From Candidatus Krumholzibacteriia bacterium (lineage in GTDB: Bacteria > Krumholzibacteriota > Krumholzibacteriia > Krumholzibacteriales > Krumholzibacteriaceae): 64,000 bases of DNA. This document shows positions 56,793-64,000 of the stretch, piece by piece. The DNA is taken from positions 1,536,001-1,600,000 of the forward strand of contig CAWIIQ010000001.1 of the NCBI GenBank assembly GCA_963836185.1, given 5' to 3'. Made by a program: the position numbers and the translations under genes. A model generated the notes under the pieces. It was not told the origin of the DNA. It searched no databases and saw only the letters and a program-made list of their open reading frames with translations. Positions within the stretch are counted from its first letter, which is position 1. Every line of letters starts with the position of its first letter.

Positions 56793-59700
56793 TCAGACTG
56801 CTTTTATTACTACCACAGTCATGTCATCGGCCTGGTACATGTTGCCCGTGAAAGTATTGACGTCGGCGATTATGAGATCCTTGATCGCAGGTGCCGTCAT
56901 ATTCGACATATCTGTCCCGGAAAGAAGACTCTCGAGCCTGCTCTGATCGTAAAACTGCCTTGCTGAATTGAGTGCGTCGGTCACCCCGTCCGTGAAGATC
57001 ACGAGAACGTCTCCCACTGAGAGAATTATCCTGTCCTCTCTGTACCTGCTCTCTTCCAGAGCACCAAGAGGAAGACCGTGTCCGGCACCATCGAGAGTGG
57101 AAACCTTTCCATCGGATTTAATAAGGGGGGTGCTGAATCCGGCGATCGTGTATGTGACTTCCCTTTTCGGGACGTCGATGCTCGCCAGGCAAAGCGCAGT
57201 ATACATCCGCTCGTTAGTCTTCTGGTATAGCGCGTGGTTGATCCTGTTGGCGACCTCTGAGGGTGATGTGACCTCGTCTGTCCTGGAGTGTATCATCCCG
57301 CTCGACATCACCGCTATCATCGCGGCCTGCATCGCCTTGCCGGAAACGTCTCCGACCGCGACGCCGAGTTTCGTCCTGTCGTCGTCTATCCAGAAAAGAT
57401 CGTAGAAATCTCCACCGACCTCGTTTGCCGGGATACATATCCCCGATACATCGAGTCCCTTCATTACCGGGTCTTTCTGGGGCATGATCGACATCTGCGC
57501 GTCATGAGCTGTCTGAAGTTCGATCTTCATCCTCATGTTCTGCAGACGTCTTTTGTACAGGAAAAGGAATATCCCCACGACCAGGATGGAGACCAGGATC
57601 CGGAACCACCATGTATTCCAGAAGGGAGGATGGATTACAATGCGGATCGAAGCTCCCTGCTCGTTCCATATACCGTCATTGTTTGAGGCTTTTACCCGGA
57701 ACGTGTATTTACCAGGGGGGAGGGTAGTATACGTGGCGAATCTTTTCTCGTGGTCAGTATAGACCCAGTCTTCGTCGAGACCTTCCATCTTGTACGCATA
57801 ATGGTTCTTGTCAGGAGCGCTGAATTCCAGCGCCGCGAACTCGAATGAGAAGACGTAATCACTGTGTGTAAGGTGGATCTCATCGATATCAGATAACGGC
57901 TGATCGAAATTGACCTCCTCGTTGAGTTTCGAGAAGGATGTGATCACGACAGGCGGTACAAAAGGATTATCCTTTATATCAGAAGGGAAGAAGGCGTTGA
58001 ATCCTTCGGTACCTCCGAAGAACATCTCCCCGGAAGGGGCGCGATAGAATGAATTACCGTTGAATTCGTTGCTCTGCAGCCCGTCACGCTCGTTATATTT
58101 TTTGCAGACCTTTTCTCTGGGGTCGAATTTGCATATACCGTTGTTCGAGCTCAGCCAGAAGTTTCCATACTCATCCTGAAGCGCTCCGTAGATCGATTTG
58201 CTCGGCAGGCCATCCTCATCCGTATAGGCTGTAAACACTTCATTTTCACGATCGAAAGAATTGAAGCCGCCGCCCCATGTCCCAAGCCAGAGATATCCTC
58301 GCGCGTCCTCAAGGATGGAGAAGACAAAATCATTGTTGATGCTGGTGGAATCATCAGGGTCGTCCTTGTAGGCGAAAAATGAACCGGTTTCCCTGTCCAT
58401 CCTGTTGAGGCCGCCGCCCTGTGTCCCAATCCAGAAGTTGGAATCGCTGTCCTCGAAAATAACGCGGATGAAATCGTTGCTGATGCTTGACGGGTCTTCG
58501 GGGTCGTGAGCGTATAGTGTGAAAGTACCGGTTTCCCTGTCCATCCTGTTGAGGCCGCCGCCGTTCGTTCCCACCCAGAGGTTGCCTGCGCCGTCGTCGA
58601 ATATCGATCTGATCTGATCGTGACTGATGCTGGAGTGATCTTCCGGATCGTTCCTGTAGCAGATAAATCTGCCTGTATCCCTGTCAAGCCGGCAGAGTCC
58701 GCCTCCGTTTGTACCTATCCAGATCGTGCCTTCAGTATCCTTGTACACGACCCTGACTATGTCGGCGCTAAGGCTGTATGGATCCTCCGGGTCATGCCTG
58801 TAGTTTGTGTATATGCCCGTAGACCTGTCCAGAAGATCAAGGCCTCCGCCGTGAGAGCCGATCCACAATTTCCCAGGCTCGTCCTCGAGGATAGACCAGA
58901 CGATCGGATGTCCCATGGAGTTGAAGCCGTTCGGATCGTATCTGAAATGAACAAACTTCTTTCTTTTCAGATCGAACTTGTTGACGCCGCCGCCGTAAGT
59001 GCCGAGCCAGATCACACCCGATCTGTCTTCGTAGATATCGTAGATCTCGTTGTAGCTGATGCTCGTCGGGTCGTTCGGATCATTGATAAACGTAAGGAAT
59101 ATGCCGGTCTCAGGATCGAACCTGCACAGACCGCCGCCGTTAGTTCCGAGCCAGACGATTCCATTGCTGTCTTCATGGATTGCGAAGACTGCCGGGTGGC
59201 TCAGCTTGTCCGGATCGTCAGGGTCTGCCTCGTAATTCCGAAAGGATCCTGTCTTTCTGTCGAGGACCGAGATTCCTCCGCCGTTGGTGCCGATCCATAG
59301 ATTGCCGTGGCGGTCAGGATGAAGAGCCGCGATCGAATTATGGGGCAGGCTCGCTGGATTGTCCGGCTCATTGAAATAGTTGGTGAATCTGCCGGTCCTG
59401 GGATCGAGGCGGCACAGCCCTCCGCCATCTGTCCCGGCCCAGATATATCCATCACGGCAATGACAGATAGTCATGACCCTGTCAGCGCCGAGACTTCCCG
59501 GATCGTCGGGATCGTGAAGATAACTGGTAAATGTACCCGTGCTGAAATCAAGCTTGCACAGACCCTGGTCAGTACCGATCCATATGTCTCCCAGGGCGTC
59601 TTCATGGATGCAGTTTACAATGTCATTGCTTATCGTGGAGGGATCGTCCTGATCAGATCTGTAATGGATGAAGATATCGTTTTCGCTGTCGTACCTGTCG

Positions 59701-60050
59701 AGGCCTTTCTGGAATGTCCCCACCCAGAGTATTCCGCGACTGTCGATAAAGATGGAAAGGATATGATTATACCCGAGGCTGTTGAGATCCTCGGGGTCAT
59801 GACGTATTATCGAAAAATGGTATCCATCGTACCTGTTAAGTCCGTCCTCAGTAGCGAACCACATGAAGCCATCGTTGTCCTGAGCGATAGAATAGACTAT
59901 CGTCTGGGAGAGACCTTCCTCGATAGAGAGTTCCTCGAATCTCATACGGTTTTCCTGGCCCCTGGAATCGGCTCCAATAATAACCAGAGCGAACAGGGAG
60001 GAAAACAGGAGGATCCTGAAAAATATCGATTTCAGGGATTTCACTTTCAT
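56793..60050 (-). CDS. Sensor phosphatase: periplasmic Reg_prop beta-propellers + Y_Y_Y domain + TM + SpoIIE/PP2C
   Basis: About 48-aa repeats (I.ED..G.LW.GT.GGGL); YAYKMEG...LPPGKYTFRVKASN; TM; GGDFYD, GDVSGK, TDG, DDMT. Confidence 0.88.
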   Translation of the reverse strand: MKVKSLKSIFFRILLFSSLFALVIIGADSRGQENRMRFEELSIEEGLSQTIVYSIAQDNDGFMWFATEDGLNRYDGYHFSIIRHDPEDLNSLGYNHILSIFIDSRGILWVGTFQKGLDRYDSENDIFIHYRSDQDDPSTISNDIVNCIHEDALGDIWIGTDQGLCKLDFSTGTFTSYLHDPDDPGSLGADRVMTICHCRDGYIWAGTDGGGLCRLDPRTGRFTNYFNEPDNPASLPHNSIAALHPDRHGNLWIGTNGGGISVLDRKTGSFRNYEADPDDPDKLSHPAVFAIHEDSNGIVWLGTNGGGLCRFDPETGIFLTFINDPNDPTSISYNEIYDIYEDRSGVIWLGTYGGGVNKFDLKRKKFVHFRYDPNGFNSMGHPIVWSILEDEPGKLWIGSHGGGLDLLDRSTGIYTNYRHDPEDPYSLSADIVRVVYKDTEGTIWIGTNGGGLCRLDRDTGRFICYRNDPEDHSSISHDQIRSIFDDGAGNLWVGTNGGGLNRMDRETGTFTLYAHDPEDPSSISNDFIRVIFEDSDSNFWIGTQGGGLNRMDRETGSFFAYKDDPDDSTSINNDFVFSILEDARGYLWLGTWGGGFNSFDRENEVFTAYTDEDGLPSKSIYGALQDEYGNFWLSSNNGICKFDPREKVCKKYNERDGLQSNEFNGNSFYRAPSGEMFFGGTEGFNAFFPSDIKDNPFVPPVVITSFSKLNEEVNFDQPLSDIDEIHLTHSDYVFSFEFAALEFSAPDKNHYAYKMEGLDEDWVYTDHEKRFATYTTLPPGKYTFRVKASNNDGIWNEQGASIRIVIHPPFWNTWWFRILVSILVVGIFLFLYKRRLQNMRMKIELQTAHDAQMSIMPQKDPVMKGLDVSGICIPANEVGGDFYDLFWIDDDRTKLGVAVGDVSGKAMQAAMIAVMSSGMIHSRTDEVTSPSEVANRINHALYQKTNERMYTALCLASIDVPKREVTYTIAGFSTPLIKSDGKVSTLDGAGHGLPLGALEESRYREDRIILSVGDVLVIFTDGVTDALNSARQFYDQSRLESLLSGTDMSNMTAPAIKDLIIADVNTFTGNMYQADDMTVVVIKAV
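58383..58562. repeat. Exact 36-nt direct repeat within adjacent propeller blades
   Basis: ACCGGTTTCCCTGTCCATCCTGTTGAGGCCGCCGCC at 58383-58418 and 58527-58562 (period 144 nt = 48 aa; encodes GGGLNRMDRETG). Confidence 0.85.
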
Positions 60051-60173
60051 TTCCGATCCCCTCGGATTCAGATCGTAAACTTCCGGGCACCCTATATCTA
60101 GTTATACGTAATTCAGCGAAGAATGGTTCTCGCTAATGATACCTTGCAGGGAGGCCCCCTCACATGCAACGTC

Positions 60174-60246
60174 ATGATAGCCTGCGGAGACAGATTATTT
60201 CAAGCCCGTTGTTTGCCTTGAGAATCGCGCTGAAATGATGTAGAAT
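60174..60246. promoter_or_regulatory. Back-to-back divergent sigma70-type promoters
   Basis: Plus strand TTGAGA(60218)-17-TAGAAT(60241); minus strand TTGAAA(60203)-18-TATCAT(60179). Confidence 0.55.
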
Positions 60247-60292
60247 CATCCGGGATCATCAGGTTAAACATTCCATCCGAATCAGGTCAGAG

Positions 60293-62348
60293 ATGAATAG
60301 TGGGCAATCACGAATGGGGAATATTCGTCCTTTAGACAGGATACTGCTGTGCGCCGCCTCGATAATGGCAATTACGGCCACCCTGCGAAGCTTCGGGACA
60401 GGAGAGATAACTGTCTATGCCGCCGTCTTCCTTGCCGCCGGCGTTCTCCTCGCTATCGGGCCCCTGATCAGACTGTTCGGGGATTCGGATGGGGCCGGCA
60501 GGGGCAGGGGAACGATCCTTGCGGTCATCTTCGGGACTCATCTGATAGCGACACTCTTCTTTTTCCCGCCTGAGGATATACTCAATTCCAGGCCTGTGCT
60601 ATCCCTCGACCACTCACTCCACTATCAGCAGGTCGTGAGGGCGAGAGAGGTATTTGGTGACTCCTACAGGCTTCATGCTTACGATCCGTATTTTATGGCC
60701 GGATACCCGGGGGGGACGATTTTCGACATCGACTCGAAGGGAGTTGAGCTCTGGTGCGCTTTTCTGGGATTTGCCGGAACCGCCAGAGCCTTATAAATTC
60801 TTCATACTGTTCGGATACCTGCTGCTGCCTTTCACGATATACGCAGGCAGCAGGCGTCTCGGCTTCAGTTTCATCGAATCGCTGTTCTCGACCCTTATGG
60901 TCATGGCTTTCTGGCACTGGGGAAGGCCGTATGCAGGGGAATTCCGATTCGCGGGGATGTTCTCATGTCTCATCGCATGCCACCTTGCGGTATATATCAG
61001 CGGGCTTTTCAGATCCATACTGCGCGAGAAAGAGGCAAGGAGCTTCTGGCTGGCCGGGCCGCTCGCTTTCATAGTTCATCCAACGATGGCGGTGTTACTG
61101 CCTGTACCGTTTCTTACGTTGTTTTTAGTCGAGAGGAAACGGGTTCCACCAGGAAAGCTCCACAGGACGTGGGAACTGAAGGTGCTGGTGAAACTTGTCT
61201 CCTGGTGCCTCCTCGTACTCGCTGTCAATGCCATCTGGCTTGTCCCGTTTTTCAGGTACGTTGACATAAAGATCCCTTCCGAGACCTTCTTTCAGATAGA
61301 GGGTATCCAGGGGCTTTTCGGCCTGCTTGTAAAGGCGGGGAACCTCCCAGCTCTCCTGCTTGTCGTACTGGCAATAACCGGGCTGGTCAATCTTCTCAGA
61401 AGCGGGAGGTCCCATGATGCCGCCTGCCCCGCGGCAGGCAGCCTCTTCTTCCTTGTCATAGCGACATTTGGTATATACATACCATTATTCGACCAGATGG
61501 AACCTGGGCGTTTTCTTGTCCCTGCTCTTATCTTCATGTCTCCCCTGGCAGGTTCAGGTCTATTATTCATCCTCGGGAAAGTGAAAAGGGCACTTAAGCC
61601 TGGAGTTCTGTCCAGACACGCGGCAACGGCAGTATTGATATCGCTGCTTATAAGTTCGCCCGCGCTGAGTCTGTTATCTTCGAGGGGATGGTACCGCCAT
61701 ACATTGAGCACGACGCTGACGCCGGAGGTAGGAGAGCTGATAGAAGCGCTGCAGAGATTCACTGATCCTTCCGGAAGGTTGATGATCGAGGATGGTCCGG
61801 CATGGAACTACGGGGACAGTTTCATCCCCGCGATCATTCCGGAATTCACGGGAGTAGAGCAGATCGGAGGGCCGTATCCCTGGGCATTCATAGTACATAA
61901 TTTTACGAATTTCTATATGTGCTCCGCCATGGATAGATCACTTCCCGAAATCGGGAAGGAGAAACTCGGGCAATACATCGACCTGTACAACGTCCGATGG
62001 GTCCTTACCTCGACGCCTGAATGCAGGGAGTACTTTGCCGGATTCTTCGATCAGGCTCCGGTCTGGAGTTCCAGGCATTTCTCGCTATGGCAGGCAGGGC
62101 AGGCCGCCGGTTCGCTTCAGCAGCGGGGAATCACGATACAGGCATCGTACGACCGGATCTCTGTCTCACTGGAACCTGACGAAGAGGGGAGGATGCCGGA
62201 ACGGGTTCTTCTGCCGTATCACTGGGACCGCGGCCTTCAAGTCGATCCTCCTGCCGTAATCTCCCCGGAAAAGCGTATGGACGACCCCGTGCCGTTTTTA
62301 GTCCTTGAGCCCCATGGAAAGAGCGAGATCCTTATCGAGTACCGATGA
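60293..62348 (+). CDS. Polytopic membrane protein, GT-C/YfhO-like glycosyltransferase candidate (apparent +1 frameshift at ~60791)
   Basis: The 5' ORF (LDHSLHY...YDPYFMAGYP) joins the 3' ORF as ...TARA-YKFFILFG if one T is removed; many TMs and a C-terminal soluble domain (YNVRWV). Confidence 0.6.
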
Positions 62349-62410
62349 TTCCTTCCGGATAACGAAACACTCTTGCATTTATATGTATTCTAACGTTTTA
62401 GAAGCCACCG

Positions 62411-62439
62411 TTGACTTCTGCCCGGAATTATTGTACAAT
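62411..62439 (+). promoter_or_regulatory. Sigma70-type promoter
   Basis: TTGACT-17 nt-TACAAT. Confidence 0.65.
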
Positions 62440-62507
62440 GGAGGTCTAAGTTACTGTAAATGAAAGGAATTCGCAAAGCATCTTCAGCTAAAGAACTTGC
62501 AGAAATC

Positions 62508-64000
62508 ATGACAGAAAAAAGACGCAACACGCTCGTAGTATGCGTGCTTCTCGCTATTGTGCTCTTTCACATGGCTGTGGCGTGGCTGGATTTCTCCGTC
62601 CTTGCCCGAAACGGCTTTCTGTACGATGACAGCTTTTATGCCTTTCAGATAGCGCGAAATATGGCGGAGGGTGAGGGGATGACCTTCGATGGGATCCATC
62701 CAACCACCGGTTTCCAGCCCCTCTATGTATTCCTTCTTGTGCCTGTCTTCCTGCTCAGCGGGAGCGATCCAGCTCTTCCGATACATATCGCTCTTTCCAT
62801 GCTCGCGATATTCTCCGGTTTGACCGCCTACATGCTCTACAGGATAACGAGAAGATATGTCGGCTTCATGGCCGCTATCACTGCTACTCTGATCTGGGCG
62901 TTCTCCCCGATCGTAATCAGGCAGACTGCCAACGGACTCGAGACGGCGATATCCGCTTTCATGATCGCGGCAAGTGTTCTGTACTACCTTACAAGAGTGA
63001 GGGATAAGGATGAACCTCCCCCGTCCAGCTTCTTTGTGCTCGGCCTTCTTCTCGGGCTGAGTATCGTCTCAAGGATAGACGGCACCTTCCTCGCACTGAT
63101 CATGATGCTCGATTACCTCTTCGTGATGAAAAAAAGAGGGGCCGCTTCGAGGCGTCTTGCAGGGCTGATTCTGGTCCCCGCGGGTGTGCTTCTGCTGTAC
63201 GGTCCATGGCTGCTATTCAATGTCGTCGAGAGCGGGAGCATCATCCAGGACAGCGGCAGGGCAACACGCTTCCTGTCCCTGGCATACGCTTCATATTTCG
63301 GCTACGGCCCTGAATCTCTCGCTTTCAAGGGACCGGATATCTCGTTTATCTGGACGCATCTCGAGCATGCCGTTTCCTCCCTCAAAGTGATACCGCCTGT
63401 ACAGGTATTCTTCCGTTCAGCTGAAAAACTCGATGTGATGCTCGGCACGGGGGCGGCTATCAGGATCGCAGGCAACATAGCCGGATTCATCCTGCTTGCC
63501 GTCACAGGCATCGCGATACTCCGCTGGCGCAGGGACAGCAGGCGATCGAAGAGGGGAGAGGTCGATTTTCTGCTGCTATACTCGGTGACGCTGATGATCT
63601 CATACTCGCTCTATATTTTCGGCGCCTTCTTCTTCATGCGTTACTTTTACCCGATCTTTCTCGTTGCCTGCATATATCTCGCTTTCTTCCTGCAGGACGG
63701 ATTTGACTGGGTGCGCGGGCGATCGGCAGCTTTCAGGAAGATTGCTGTCGGCGCGGCTGCGGTATACATCTTTGTCTTCTCTTTCTTTTCCTATTCGCAG
63801 GCCTTCAAGTCCAATCCCGTCTATCCTTATTACGATATAGCCAGGTGGATAGAAACGAATACAAGGGAGGAAGACAAGCTCGGTGTCTTCCAGTGCGGTA
63901 CGATCGGCTACCTCTGCGACCGCAGTGTCATCAACCTCGACGGGAAAGTGAACCGCGAGGCATTCTTCGCCCTCGAGTCTGGGAGACTTGCTGAATACGT
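62508..64000 (+). CDS. GT-C superfamily (ArnT/PMT-like) membrane glycosyltransferase, 3'-truncated; absent from the ORF track
   Basis: Hand translation from ATG 62460/62508 gives TM then LYDDSFYAFQIARN..EG.GMTFDG..PTTGFQPLY, later NGLET and SRID, ending N.DGKVN; no stop seen before the window end. Confidence 0.72.
   Translation, partial: MTEKRRNTLVVCVLLAIVLFHMAVAWLDFSVLARNGFLYDDSFYAFQIARNMAEGEGMTFDGIHPTTGFQPLYVFLLVPVFLLSGSDPALPIHIALSMLAIFSGLTAYMLYRITRRYVGFMAAITATLIWAFSPIVIRQTANGLETAISAFMIAASVLYYLTRVRDKDEPPPSSFFVLGLLLGLSIVSRIDGTFLALIMMLDYLFVMKKRGAASRRLAGLILVPAGVLLLYGPWLLFNVVESGSIIQDSGRATRFLSLAYASYFGYGPESLAFKGPDISFIWTHLEHAVSSLKVIPPVQVFFRSAEKLDVMLGTGAAIRIAGNIAGFILLAVTGIAILRWRRDSRRSKRGEVDFLLLYSVTLMISYSLYIFGAFFFMRYFYPIFLVACIYLAFFLQDGFDWVRGRSAAFRKIAVGAAAVYIFVFSFFSYSQAFKSNPVYPYYDIARWIETNTREEDKLGVFQCGTIGYLCDRSVINLDGKVNREAFFALESGRLAEY

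Noticed and set aside
58383-58562. 36-nt direct repeat of CRISPR-like length
   Set aside because: Only two copies, a 108-nt in-frame spacer, inside a coding propeller repeat, and no cas genes.
60051-60170. Two small hairpins in the sensor-phosphatase leader as a possible riboswitch
   Set aside because: The stems are short and imperfect with no recognisable aptamer consensus; an Rfam/Infernal search would be needed.

Overview
A 64 kb, gene-dense, moderately GC-rich chromosomal segment from an anaerobic diderm bacterium. A FlgD-Ig/'NYPNPFNP' C-terminal domain, short 'SWGxIK' tails, and GWxTD and Omp85 proteins suggest an FCB-related candidate lineage such as Krumholzibacteriota, Latescibacterota or Eisenbacteria (inference only). 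I see no rRNA, tRNA, CRISPR array, IS element or prophage. Main blocks: (i) a secreted GH13 enzyme, Omp85/OMP, a META lipoprotein and asnB; (ii) an OMP-amidase-gluzincin peptidase-tdh-kbl-Na+-PPase run; (iii) a ychF-archease-rtcB operon; (iv) ggt, an FG-GAP-like protein and two tandem paralogous secreted proteins with a shared short C-terminal tail; (v) TonB, pgsA, nitroreductase, GWxTD-TPR, HD-GYP/receiver, DUF116, DMT and TPR genes; (vi) an hdrCBA-mvhDGA-protease-hypABCD cluster; (vii) hflKC; (viii) a tightly coupled run of peptidase/propeller/Omp85 fusion, tandem ThyX, nitroreductase, BtuCD-like ABC subunits, a GRE activase and trans-4-hydroxy-L-proline dehydratase; (ix) a propeller-sensor PP2C phosphatase and two GT-C-like membrane proteins. 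Four genes' worth of single-base (+1) frameshifts (one in mvhG, two in the hydrogenase protease, one in a GT-C gene) look like sequencing errors. The best leads for new biology are the short C-terminal tail family, the ychF-archease-RtcB unit, and the outer-membrane protease-to-HypD operon. All three are hypotheses, not demonstrated systems.
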